This document shows, one piece after another, positions 14,364 through 33,475 of a stretch of DNA of 33,789 bases. The position numbers and the translations under genes are program-made. Under the pieces are notes generated by a model that was not told the origin of the DNA, ran no database searches, and saw only the letters and a program-made list of their open reading frames with translations. Origin of the DNA: Sphaeroforma arctica JP610 (lineage: Eukaryota); the NCBI RefSeq assembly GCF_001186125.1, contig NW_014040488.1:139304-173092 (forward strand), in the 5' to 3' direction. Position 1 is the first letter of the stretch; each line of letters begins with the position of its first letter.

Positions 14364-16588
14364 AAAGATATATATATTAGATATGTATATATATTTATAT
14401 ATATTATTATATATTTTATTTATACATATATGCATGTATATGTATATATATATTTACATATGTATATATGTATATATATACATATATGTTAATATATCTA
14501 TAGCCACACATATCTATGTTTCTTTATCGATATCCATATATCTGTTCATGTATATGTATATGTATGTATGTATATACCGATTAATATGTAGAAACACATT
14601 GTAACTGTGCGCTTTTCTTTGATCATTTACCCACTTCAAATCAATCATTTGAGCTCATCTGTTGCAATTAGTGTATAAATTGCAGAATTGATTTCTCTCT
14701 CGAATTTCTCTATTCTTGTAAACTTTTTTCTGAAAAGTCTGCATATCATCGCATTTATATTAGTCATGATTACCTACTGTGATATACTTAATTGGCAAGG
14801 TTTGCTCTATTGTTCTCATGAAGTTATAGTGGTCTCTCGGTTGGTCACAGTTTCTGCATGCGCGAACGACACACGTTTTGTTTGCAGTGTGTGTACGTTT
14901 TTACTCAGGCCCATGCAGCTGTTCCCATTATACGTGACCAGATGTATACTAATCAGATGTGCGTCAGTCAGACATCGATATTACACAAGTCTCTTTGGAT
15001 GCGTGGCTGAACACGACCTCTTCGACTGTGTCTATGACCAGTGGAGTTTACTTTCAAATCTTGTAGATCTGTTACTGACTGGATAGACGTTATGAAGCCG
15101 TCGATCTAAACGGGAAACAAAATGTATTGGATATCTACCTTCCATACTCACGTTGATGGTTGCTGGACTTGAACACTCCAATCATTCATTGATCAACTAT
15201 ATAAATGTGAAGTATCGTTGTAGTGCTTTATTCCATACGCGCTCGAATAATGAAAGTTGACTCATTTATGGACCAGATATATCAATGTGAAGTTTCGTTT
15301 TAGGTTTTGGGTTTATGCGCGCTTGGATAATGAGAGTTGACATCAGTGCAATACACTGGGTTGCTAGATTCACGGCTGAAACTGCAAACACGTCCCACGT
15401 GTACACACGCCGCTATGTGGTGGATGCCTTGTGCTCGACATGTGTATCTCTTTTGCAACCACGCGGGACTACTCCTGTAAGACACGATTGGCCTGCGCTT
15501 ATTTACTTGTTCAGTATATATAATAAAAGATAACAATCAGAGAGAGACTCATATTAATGGATAATTTGGCAACGTTTTTCTCGCGGGACTATCTGGTAGT
15601 TTTTCAACTGTAGAAGTGTGGATTGCTGAACCACTGTGTATGAGTCACACACTGAACTGGTACGTTGTGTTTGCAATGAACCAACATTAAATCGTTAAAT
15701 GGGAAACGCAACAACGCTTCACTGTGATGCTCACAAATAGTCACTGGCTGTGTGGCCGAGAATTTCAGGGATATTATCGAAGAACATCTGATTCATATAG
15801 GCATACCCCGAAGTGTACAGGGACATATCACCAGCAGCGATTCATGAACGCTACTTATAGTTCTCAATGAATTATGCTTGCAACGGCGGCGTTTGCTGAC
15901 AGGCGTCATGTGATTTCAGCCAACCGCTTTAGTGCGAGTCGGCTGTGGGTCTAGTTCGGTTTAATGAACCACTCCCAACTGCGCACTCGCTTTACAGGCG
16001 GATATGAGGCCAAGGCGGAGTGTCAGGCTGAAGTAGATGAGGTGTACGCAGCCTTGGCCCAACTGGTGCATGCCGTTGATGTGGGAGAGGTAGCGTTCGC
16101 AGAGAATGCCACCCGAGCGTACGACTACCTGCTGCACACCGTCACAGTCAACTCTCACGCATTGAAAGGTATGGGTGTGGACTGACCAGGCTTGTTGCTT
16201 CACGAAACCGGCCGGCAATTTAACTCCTTGTACCTTCCGTTTCGAGAGATTCTGGTATCCTCTGTTTGAATCGCCGCTGTTTTGCGTACAAATAACCCCT
16301 CTGTTCTCCAACGCACCCGTAAGACGCAGTACACGCGGACGCTCCCGTGACTCCCTCTGAACGGGCGTTGATTGGGCGTGATAGCGTGCTGATCACAACT
16401 GCGTGTGAGTACGGCAGCAACTACACGGCACTGCTGCAGGTGTCCAACCGCACAGGGGCGTCTCTGCGGTGTGTGCGCAAGGAGAGCTCGGGGGTGTTGT
16501 CGTTGGCCCATCTGCAAGAGCTGTTGGAAGAGTGTGGGGACAGGGTAAGGGCTGCATGTATGTGGATGTTTAATGTACGCGAGACGTT

Positions 16589-16627
<39 letters not shown>

Positions 16628-18253
16628 ACATCCCTACATCTCAAAGCCACTTGCTTGTCCCTCCATTCATAGCCCTGTCCCGTACACTTACAATGCTACT
16701 TTCGACATTGAGCTAACAGTCGGTGTATATCTATTGTGCAGGTGGCGTTGGTGTCGCTGTGCTGGGTTCCCACTAATGGAGGGCTCGTGCAGCCGGCCGC
16801 AGAAGTGGGTGCGCTCTGCAAGAAGTACAATGTACTGTATCTGCTGGACGCGTGCCAGGTATGTTCTGTAGGTATATTTAACGTTACCGTGGATATTGTT
16901 GGCAAGTACCATGTAGGTACATTAACGTCAACGTGGATACTGGTGGTATGTACCTGGCGGAATCGGAGGGGTGTGTTGGGTTGGCGATAGTTAAAATCTG
17001 CGATTAAACGTTATTAGTTGCGAGCTTTTTGGGTCATATTGCCAAGTGTGGTGTATAGGCATAAGCATTTGATAGGTCGTCCTCCATGCACGATTGCACA
17101 AACATACTGTACGCAGAGGCCCTTTTTAGGGTTTTAGGGTCTAACCCCTGAAGTATCCATTCGATGCACAGACACAGCTATTTCAAGTTTTGAACACCCG
17201 TGCACTCGTGTAAGTTGGCGACTCCTACTCAACGACATACATCCTGAACATACATTCACAAACACAAATCTACATCTACGAACCGTGAACTGCACATTGA
17301 AACCACACAACGATAGATGAGCTATGCTAGCGCCTGACACTATCACCAACCCTCCTGCATACACGCATATGCCTGCCACCTCACAGGCGGTAGGTCAGAT
17401 CGATGTGGATGTGCAGCACCTGCAATGCGACGCTCTGGTCACCACTGCACGCAAGTTCCTGCGGGGGCCACGTGGTATGGGGTTCATGTATGTGCGGAGG
17501 GGGTCTGTGTTTGCACGTGCTGAGCCTATCTTCCTGGACCTTGCCACGGCCACGCTGCGTAAGCCGACGCCGCAACGATCGCAAGGTAGTAGGACTGATG
17601 TCCTGGGGATCAGCGGGCCAACTGGTACCGCTTTGAGTGGGCTGGTCGAATCGGGATTGAGTGACGGTGATAAGACGAATGTTGAGCTTCAATTGGGAGA
17701 AAAAGACGTATTTGATACAGACCCACGCCCCGCACGTAGGTACGAGAATTGGGAACGCAACTATGCTGCATGGCTGGGCTTGGGCGAAGCGGCGAGATAC
17801 GCTCTTTCTATTGGCCTTCCTAAAATAGAACAGAGAGTGCGATTCCTCGGCGGGATGTTAAGAAGTACACTGAATGCGATCGACATCAAGTACAGAGTAG
17901 TCTCCAGAAGTGCGGAACATTCTGCTGTACCATCCCAGAATATTGAAATGCCTGAGGAAGCGCGCGAAGAATCGGCGGTGCAGGTGATGTGCCTGGGGGA
18001 GGCCCACTTGCAATGTGGAATTGTGTCGTTTGTGGTGAATGGTCTGAGTGCTACCCAGGTCAAAGACACACTCAGCGAAACGTACGCCGTCAAAGTAAGC
18101 GTGTCTCCTTTCACGTCGACCTTCCGAGATATGAACGAGCGTGGATTGTGTGACGTGGTGAGGGCTAGTGTGCACTACTTTAATACCGAGCAGGAAGTGC
18201 GGTACTTTGCCGAGTGTGTGCGGCAGATAGCGGAAGACGCGAACCATCCGTGA
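12983..18253 (+). CDS. Aminotransferase class V PLP-dependent enzyme (EgtE-like/cysteine-desulfurase-like C-S lyase); join(12983..13226,15998..16168,16330..16544,16742..16858,17387..18253), ~537 aa
   Basis: All introns are GT-AG and phase-consistent. Motifs IDVAAVRRDTKGC, FFNNAGSSLPP, HLQREAEIGGYEA (across intron 1), ENATRA, EYGSN, VPTNGG, LDACQAVGQ (across intron 4), PLP-lysine motif TARKFLRGPRG and VRASVHYFNTEQE. Confidence 0.9.
13273..14500. repeat. (TA)n/(TG)n low-complexity region flanking gap 13407..14260
   Basis: Seen directly; lies in intron 1 of the aminotransferase gene. Confidence 0.95.
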
Positions 18254-18818
18254 GCTTAAATTCGGTTTGCTTTGCTCGAAGTATTTATTGATATGATACT
18301 GGATTGTCCGGACGCCCCATATCATGTGCCATAGCGTACATGGTGCGCCGGTGTGAGAATACATCGTTAGTTTTCAGAGGGTGGGTATGGAACTTGGGGC
18401 GCATTTTGTACACTATCAAGCGCGATGTAAGTCTTCTCCAGTGTCTGTATTTGGTAACGAATTTGGCGAGTTAGCATATCGGCTTACATACGCGTATACA
18501 TAGATCTAAATGTTCGATGCGTGCTGTTGCATGTCGTATGATTTCAACGTCCAAATACGAGTGGTCCAACCCATACGGTTAATTGCCACGGGAAAACGTG
18601 GTGCCATGTTGTTATAAAGCTGCAACAAACTGAGAGCTCTGATAAGAAATACATAATTCGAAGATGCATGGACTGAATGAGTGTTGACTTAATCCATTTC
18701 GAAAACCGTTTATTTTGTGTTATATAATTTGTTGATATATTGCAGTAGTGCTTTTAATGTGCCATTTAATTTGAAACCGATTGACCCGTTAAATTTCGCT
18801 CGTGACGTTTATTGCATT

Positions 18819-18872
18819 ATCTACTTGCGGTTCTCAATGGAGTCGTATGTATAGCTCTGTGATCTGATCCTT
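18819..18872 (-). pseudogene. 54-bp remnant of the 3' end of an acyl-CoA synthetase CDS (copy of 27613..27662)
   Basis: ATCTACTTGCGGTTCTCAATGG..TATAGCTCTGTGATCTGATCCTT matches 27613-27662 with 2 substitutions and a 4-nt insertion, and includes the TAG stop. Confidence 0.85.
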
Positions 18873-20017
18873 TCAAAATTAATTACCTATAAGATACAAT
18901 TTCGGTATTGATTTGTGTTAGTTTTTATCTTTTTTTAAAACAAAGGTGATTTGCCAGAGATCCATAGTTTGCTCTTTACTCTCAACAGAGAGGTATTTAC
19001 AACTTAAGTTTACAAAAACGAAAACGCTCAACCCTCATCCTTTTTTTGTTTGTTTTTTAAAAACACCAATAGGAGGCTACATATGATAAAAATAGAAATT
19101 TACAAAAAAATAAATTGTTGTGTTATGTGCATGACTCAAAGAGCACATTCAGAGAGTTTTTTGACAACTTTTGACAGGATGTCCTTTGGGAAGTATGACG
19201 TCATACATGTTCGCCAATAAGTGGACTAGGGTCTCAGTCGGAAAACGGGATAAGACAATACGACACAGTAGAGTGGCTTATTGGTGGAGGTTTATAGGAA
19301 GCAGTTATTGGTTGAAGATAAGTAAAACATAAGGGTTGGGAATAACTAGAAGGTTCAAGCAGACCAAAGGTTTGTCAGAAGTAAAGGAGAAAACCACCTT
19401 AGTGACTAGTATAAGTATGATGGAAATCCTGCTGAGCTAGAGTAGTGTTCAGAGGTTAACAAATAATTTACAGAAAACTAATATAAAGAAGGTTTTTAGT
19501 CAGAGTAAAAGGGCTTACTCTGACCCTTTTTCCTATTTGTTGTATTTGAGCACAGAACAATTGTATTAGAAAATATATATATATATACATTTTTTATTTA
19601 TTTTTTAAATATACTACAAAAACAACAAAACAATATGAATGTACATAAAAGTAAAATTGAAGCAAGACAAAAAAAACAAATAGAAGGCTATCAGGACATA
19701 TTTATTTTCCTAGCCACTTCTAAAATTGAACATCTAATACATAGCCTTCTAAAGTTCTAAATAATGTTTATGAAGGCTTGTGTTTGCTATGGATCACTGT
19801 GATCTTTTCATTCAAAAACAACCCAACCCAAAACGGAAAGATGGAAAAGAAAAAAGAAAAAGATGTCAGTTTATAGTTATCACATGACCATGAGGCAACT
19901 CGAAGCAGCAAAACAACCGCACTGAGCACGCATACAGAGGATATATAAAGCAAGATCAATATATAATAGCAAGTTAAATACGCATAACAAGTACTGTATT
20001 AGCGAACAAACAACATT

Positions 20018-25361
<5,344 letters not shown>

Positions 25362-25821
25362 TGAGAGGTACCTTAATAAATCGAAATATAAAGCTGGAGC
25401 CCAAACGCGAAGATCTTTCATGTATTTTTTTGCAGAACCGATACTGTTTGGTGCAGAATCAACCTGCACAACAATACCTGTCAATGTGAAGTATATCCGT
25501 TTTGGATTCGAACAGACAATGAGACCAGCTCAGCTCAAGTCAAGAAAACACGCAGGTGATATACGATTAATACTTCGATATTGATGCGTTATCAACAAAT
25601 ACTTGTGTTTGCGTATACATGCATTACTGTCAATGTGTATAAATAGGTTTCAGCGAGCCTTTTTTAGCTTAAAAACTAATTTCGACGAGAAGAACACCCA
25701 AGCAGGGAACAGAATGCTCCAGCAAAGAATAACGCAGAAGAAAAACAAGTACACTTCATTTTAACTACTAAAGTGCTAATAAACGGATCTCGCAGAAGAA
25801 AACCAAGTACACTCCATTGTA

Positions 25822-26938
<1,117 letters not shown>

Positions 26939-27436
26939 ATGTGTAGCTGAATTTATATACGTCTACCGAAATTTGAGGTACCCATGGGGTAAACCGAAAT
27001 AATGAGGATAAACTCAAAAGATTGGGAGTATCTTCTGTGCAAATAGACAGCTGATGACTTCCAATACAGATATCCATCGCAGCCATTGACGACAGACGTA
27101 GAACATCAGCACAACTCTCTTCTGTTGGGGCTATATGCACATTAACAGGTCGCTCAAACAATCGCCTCTGAGTTTTCGATATCAAATAAAGGCAACCATC
27201 TCATTGCAAAATATAGAGGTCCTAGTATGTCGGCAGCACACAGCTTCAAAAGCGTACCTGACGTAAAAACGTCACACACGTATATGTCGAGAGTATGTGG
27301 ACCTCTTGCGATTCAATTCGAAGGAAGGTCTATTAGATATAATGTGTATTAGAAGGGACCATTCTAACATATAGACACAGGGACAAGTAACGACATCTCA
27401 TTTGATACAAATATTTCAATGTTACGGGGTTGCGGT

Positions 27437-27533
27437 AGTGGTGTTTCGATATGCAGTAATTTACTTATTCAGTACAGTGGTGTTTCAATATGCATTGATT
27501 TACTTTTTGAATATAGTGGTGTTTTGATATTTA
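27437..27533. repeat. 39-bp tandem repeat, ~2.5 copies, downstream of the ACSL pseudogene
   Basis: AGTGGTGTTTCGATATGCAGTAATTTACTTATTCAGTAC and diverged copies. Confidence 0.75.
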
Positions 27534-27614
27534 TCCTCACACAGGATATTGATGTTTTAAATTTACGACCCTCGTGTCCAATGCGCCTTGCCCATATCAA
27601 GCTTCTCATATAAT

Positions 27615-29646
27615 CTACTTGCGGTTCTCAATGGTGTCATATAGCTCTGTGATCTGATCCTTGTACTTTGTGGTTGCGTTTACTCGCTTCAGTTTGAAGG
27701 TGGGTGTGAGCAGTTCCTTGTCGATACTGAAAGCCTCTGGCTCTACAATGGAGCCTTCGAGCTTCTCGAATCCTTTGAGCTTGCACTCCTTGTGCATGTC
27801 CAGCACCTCTGACGCCAGCATAGCCATCAACTCGGGTATCTCAGCGATACTCTTAGCATCGCCGGAGATGTTGTTCTCCTTCGCCCAAGCAACAATCATC
27901 TCGGCATCGGGTACCAATACGGCTACAGGGTAAGCATGGAATGAGTCTCCAGTAACAAACACCTGCGCAATATGGTCACACTTGCCATATATGGCTTCGA
28001 GGTTCTCCGCGGCCAGATATTCGCATTGAGACAGTTTGAATATGGACTTCTGTCGATCGATAATAGATAAGGTGCCATATGGATTCCAACGGCCTACATC
28101 ACCAGTGCGGAACCATCCATCCTCGTCGATGCCTTCTTTTGCCTTCTCGGGATTCTTCAAGTAAGAACCAAATACATTGGTACCTCTCACACACAACTCA
28201 CCACGAGGGCACTCATCAGTTGTCAGGTAGTTCATTTCCGGAATGCTCACCAGCTTGACTTCATTGGAGGCCATTGGTGATTCCACATGACCCAGTTTCA
28301 TGTCGTTGTAGTGGGTTATAGTAGCACCTGCTGTCGTCTCAGTCAGACCGTAACCAACCATAATAACTGGGCACACACACACTCGAAGAAACTCATGTAT
28401 AGCCGTACCGAGGGGTGCTGAGCCCGTTAGAATCCACTTTACACGTCCACCTAGTGCCATACCCATTCTATTGAACACCTTTTTATTGAGCATAGGTGTG
28501 TCTTCTCCACGTTCCAGGGCCGCGAGACGCATGTCGTAAGCGCCCTTGAAAGCAGCTTCTTTTTCGGGACCTCCGGCCTTGACACCTTGGTTGATTTTGT
28601 CGTAGATTCTTGAAAGAATACGAGGTACAGCGATGAAAAAAGTAGGTTCCAAGGTCTGGATATCCAGCATAGCTCAGGTAGTTTCCCTTGATAAAATCCT
28701 ATGCTACACCCTCGGCTGACACATAGCGCCTGTATCACTCGTGCGAATATATGAGCTAAGGGTAGAAGTGAGAAGTGCACATCCTGGTTAGCTACGTGGA
28801 GGCGTTTCTGAAGTGAAACTACATCGGCCATCACGTTGCTATGGGTGATCTGCGCCCCTTTGAGGTTGCCTGTAGTACCCGATTACACGAGTACCGCGAC
28901 ATCCGATGCAGTGGGGGGATCGTGTGGGAACACATTGTCCACGCCCATATCCGCCAACTTGTTCAGGTTGAGGAGCTCAACACCAGCTTTTGTAAATCTG
29001 GCCTTGTCGTCAGATGTGACAACATCAAAGTAAATGGCGTAATTGAGATCCGGTAAACCCTTTCCTATTGCAGTAAGAACGGACTCGAGACGAGTTTTCT
29101 TGAAGAAGACTGCTATCATTTCACTATGCTCTATCACGTAATGTACAGAATCGGGACCGAGTGTGTCGTAGATTGCAACCGATGGCAGAGTGTATGACGA
29201 AAGTGCGTGATCACTCAGTGTCCATTCCATTCGATTCTTCGAGTATAGGCCGACAGGCTGATTTTCTTCACGCCAAGGCTCTTCAACCCGGAGCCGATTA
29301 AAGTGGCAATGTCGCTAGCCTCTTTGAAGCTTAAAAATTCGTATTCACCAGCGCCTCTGCTTCCATCTTCATTATAAACCACTTTGCGCTCACCTAAATA
29401 TGGACGGTCTGGATTCTCAGCAACGATGGTTTGAAAGCTCTCGTATGTTGTGCATCGATCAGGGGTATCAGCTAACAACTCAGCGGGCCATGTAGCTTCC
29501 CCATCGACATAGTTTGGGAAACGTTGAGCAGATGATCCCCAGTCATCACCGGTCGCTACTACGCTTTGCATTTGTAGATCTGTGTTCTGAGGGTTGGGAA
29601 AGCAAGACTGTTGCTTCTCCTGAGGGGTCGTTTACATGTTAACCAT
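27615..29646 (-). pseudogene. Long-chain fatty acyl-CoA synthetase (ACSL/FAA type) pseudogene, intronless
   Basis: Motifs GYGLTET, RGELCVRG, DEDGWFRTGDVG, IIDR..IFKLSQ.EY and LLTPTFKLKR. Lesions: a frameshift at ~29263, an in-frame TAA at 28883-28885 inside the AMP-binding motif (*SGTTGNLKG), a frameshift at ~28671, and a probable early TAA at 29632-29634 after MVNM. Confidence 0.88.
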
Positions 29647-30513
29647 ATTTGCACGATTTGTCGTTGTTCAACTGTGTGTAGTATAAACCAAAAACTGATA
29701 TCACACCAAACGACAGAAGCCCTTAAATACTGCGATAGTTTCATTTAGTTAACTTGCTTTTTATCAAAGGCCTTCGCCATTTCGCTATGGATGTGAAAAT
29801 CTACGCAACACATTTACCAGCATCATCAGTTTGCACGTACGGCACGACTGTAGAAGTTCACAGGACCAGAGTGACATATGCCATCGGTATTCTCTGGTCG
29901 AACAAGCGATTTCTCGGGTATGAGTATATTATATATATCAAGATATCTCGATTTCCATTGGAACATCATATCATTCGTTGCTGAAATAAAAGCATTTTAC
30001 TCCCGGTTCAGTGTTCACTGTTTTGTTTTGTTTTTGTTAATATTTTATTGCAACAGAGACTATAGAGGATTAGAGGATGAATGAAAGTCTACTAAATACG
30101 TTCTTATTCGAATAGGTTCAAACTAAAAACTTCAACGACAAACTATTTTTTTGGTTAAAAAACAAAATAAACAATCTTGAAACTTCAAAGGCTCGGGCAG
30201 TCGGGAGAAAAAACAATTATTTATATTTACTGGTCGGGCAGGTCCGAGAAATTGTCGATGAGACGCCATGACTCATGCATGACTCATGATGCACTCATGA
30301 TGCCCAAGTGCCTGAGAGGTCAGAGCCTCAGGAGTCAGAGGTCTCCAGAGCATCTCAGAGGGCAGAGTCAAAGACGAAGAAAAACAGTCAACACTCCACA
30401 CTCCACAGTCCACAGCGCCACACAGAGTGACAGAGTGACTGTCAGTGTTTCGGTTCAATACTTGACACTCCGTACATGCACGGTAGACATACATACTCAT
30501 TACATAGGATATA

Positions 30514-31515
30514 ATGTGTGCTGAAGGACAATTCACCCGAGAAGAGAGATGCAGGCTACAGACTCTCTTGAGCAGAGCACAGGCAGATTACCTAAGTTGT
30601 GCTGATACTCTCGGACTTCCTAAGAAGAACGTCACATGGGAGGGTATATATACGCCGACTGCGTCACTTCGACAAGAAGGGCCTATGTGTGGTATCAGTG
30701 CGTTATGTATGAGTATGCATGGGATACAGCCTGCTGTACAAGATGTCACGGATACAGAAGCTTTCAATGTACTAGTGAATAGTTTACCTTCTTTTCTAAT
30801 CAAAGAGTGCGACAAAACTGAGCCAACCCCTGTGCTAAACCGCACAACTTTAGATACAGAGTCTCTCAAACTACTAGTATATGCCATTACAAAAGGCATC
30901 ACCACTTACGGAGAATTCTTCTCGAGCACTTCCCTCGCAGATCTGGCACTTAGGTACTATAACAGGCAGGTGAGGTGTGTCAAAAATTGGACTTGCAGCG
31001 AACTCGCCTCACAACTGCACAGTGGAAGGCTTGCGTTGGTGCCGTACGATGCGGACTTTAACCACCAGCCCTGTAGCAAGAAAGGAATCAAGGCACATTG
31101 GGCTGTGTTAACAGGTATGGTATGGATATCGCATTCAGATGCTAACGAGAGCGCAAATACCTTGCAAGTCGAGGCCTGTGACGTGTGTGTGCTAGAGAAT
31201 GGCCAGACAGTACAGGATGACCTACGAAACATCCGCGTGGCTACCATAGCAACGCCCATCGACACGGAATCAACAAATGCTCCGACTGAAATGAAAACGC
31301 ATAATACTAGCGATATAACTAGGCTCGAAACCAGGAATGCCTACGTGCTGGCACGCCATGGAAAGAGCAGCCATTTGGCACTGTGGTCGTTAAGTTCACT
31401 CTTCGAGAGCAATGCGCAACTCACGTGCATGGATCCCACAATCAGTCCGGCGATTACACAACGCTATCCCCCGCTGGCAGAAGGTCTGTGTAGTTCTATA
31501 GTAATGTTAACTTAA
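30514..31515 (+). CDS. ACTMAP: Actin maturation protease homologue (C19orf54/UPF0692, peptidase C39-like), 333 aa, single exon
   Basis: QEGPMCG (catalytic Cys motif, cf. QEGPQCG), TYGEFFS, LVPYDADFNHQPCSKKGIKAHWAV, HGKSSHLALW and ESNAQL occur in the order recalled for ACTMAP. Confidence 0.9.
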   Translation: MCAEGQFTREERCRLQTLLSRAQADYLSCADTLGLPKKNVTWEGIYTPTASLRQEGPMCGISALCMSMHGIQPAVQDVTDTEAFNVLVNSLPSFLIKECDKTEPTPVLNRTTLDTESLKLLVYAITKGITTYGEFFSSTSLADLALRYYNRQVRCVKNWTCSELASQLHSGRLALVPYDADFNHQPCSKKGIKAHWAVLTGMVWISHSDANESANTLQVEACDVCVLENGQTVQDDLRNIRVATIATPIDTESTNAPTEMKTHNTSDITRLETRNAYVLARHGKSSHLALWSLSSLFESNAQLTCMDPTISPAITQRYPPLAEGLCSSIVMLT

Positions 31516-31864
31516 AATGGATTTTAAGCTTATTGGAGTTGTGCAATTCGTGTTATATCTGGTTAAAAGAAACTAATCACCAAGTACATGTATCTGACGA
31601 CAACCGGGTGTGGTTGCGACCTCCTTTGCAAGTAAAAGGGACATGCGATACGCCAATGCAGGTTACCGGTGAATAATTCTTCAGCTAGTAAGTTTAGACT
31701 TGAGTCGGGCGTGGTACTTGCAGTTGCGCTGTACGTTGGTCTCAGCCTTGCTGTGCTCGATTGTCGGAGAGTCACATTAATTAAAAATCCCACGATAACT
31801 TGCCCTCTGATAGGCATGGGTAGTATCATTTTTTGTAGTGATTAATCTACATAATTCATATGTA

Positions 31865-32077
<213 letters not shown>

Positions 32078-32958
32078 GATCCGTGTTTCTGTCATCGTAT
32101 GTATGAGCCAGTGCCGTGTGTAGGTACATATTTGCGTAGAAGTCGGTGAGGTATGCCTCATTGCCACCCGTATTGCGTATCTTTAACGTCCGTGTGTCTG
32201 TTCACATGTATCCTTCTCTATATTTACATATTCACCTTCATCCAGTGTCTACCGTCACCTTTCTCTCTAGAGCTTATTGTTCTATATATATGTTATCTGT
32301 TGTCTTGATCTTTTACATTCCCCTCTAATGTATGCCATCTATTGACACCACTGTGTTGGTGCAGTGTTTGGTACAACCACACCCTTTCGTTCGGTATGTA
32401 TATATTGGGGTTGGCAAAGTGTCAATATCTGTAAAGTACCTATATTATCTATTTGCATTTACAACCCTGGTATCATCAGCCTGCCATCGAAGGACGTGCA
32501 CGATATGGTTCCCCGTTTGTTTGTGTATTGATATTAGTCGGCGTAGCCCTTATATGTGTTGTGGCTGGTGTGCGTGTATGTCTACCTGTTCACTGTATCC
32601 ATGCGAGGGATATACCTGCTGCCCAGCCCTTTTTTTTGGGACTCCGAGGGCCTGTTCTGGCCCACGCATTCATTATTTGGTCGGGTGTCTCATTTGCACC
32701 AGAGCGTTAACTATCTGCGAACTCCTTCGATCACAAGGTCTTGGCATTGCTGTGTGTGGATATGACTACTTAAGTTGAGCAGCTGATTGGCACATTGCGT
32801 TTCAGCCGTTAATTACATGCTTTCATGAAACCATGAGACAACAAATACGCTCTATATATATCTACGTTAATAATATCAGTTAACAATATAATTGATATGA
32901 AAGTACGTACCCAAAACCATACTAATGCCATGTTGGAATACATTCGTATCATTCACAG

Positions 32959-33444
32959 CCAATCTGGATACTGCCATTGCGAAGCTCACGAACACCACCA
33001 CCAACCGATCCTTCTCTTCAGCCGACTACGACCATGTAAGTTCTGTGACTGAGTATATGCCCCATACATGTGTGTTAGATGTATCAGCTGCTGCCTTTAT
33101 GTCTTAGTACAAAAGTGTCTCAATCCTAAACCCCAAACCCTGTGTATATGTGCTAGCGTTCCCTGCTGAGGCCGTATCTGTGTGTGCTCTTATGAACTCA
33201 CTTACACCGTTATTGGCTAGCAACAACAACCAGGTCTGCGAATCTATGTAGACATGTTTTGAATATTAAGACTATGTAAAAATCCTTCATGCGAGGACAC
33301 TATGAATGCCACCTACGCGCAGCCATTATATATTATGTCATGCAGGCACATACACGAAACGATTCATCGATAAGCGACATGTGCGAATAATTGACAAAAT
33401 ACATGGATAATATTACACATTATATGTACACAAATATATATACA

Positions 33445-33475
<31 letters not shown>

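Noticed and set aside
28660..29270. Programmed frameshifting, stop readthrough or tiny introns as an explanation of the ACSL breaks
   Set aside because: There is no missing or extra sequence with GT-AG ends, and there are several independent lesions plus missense changes in catalytic motifs.
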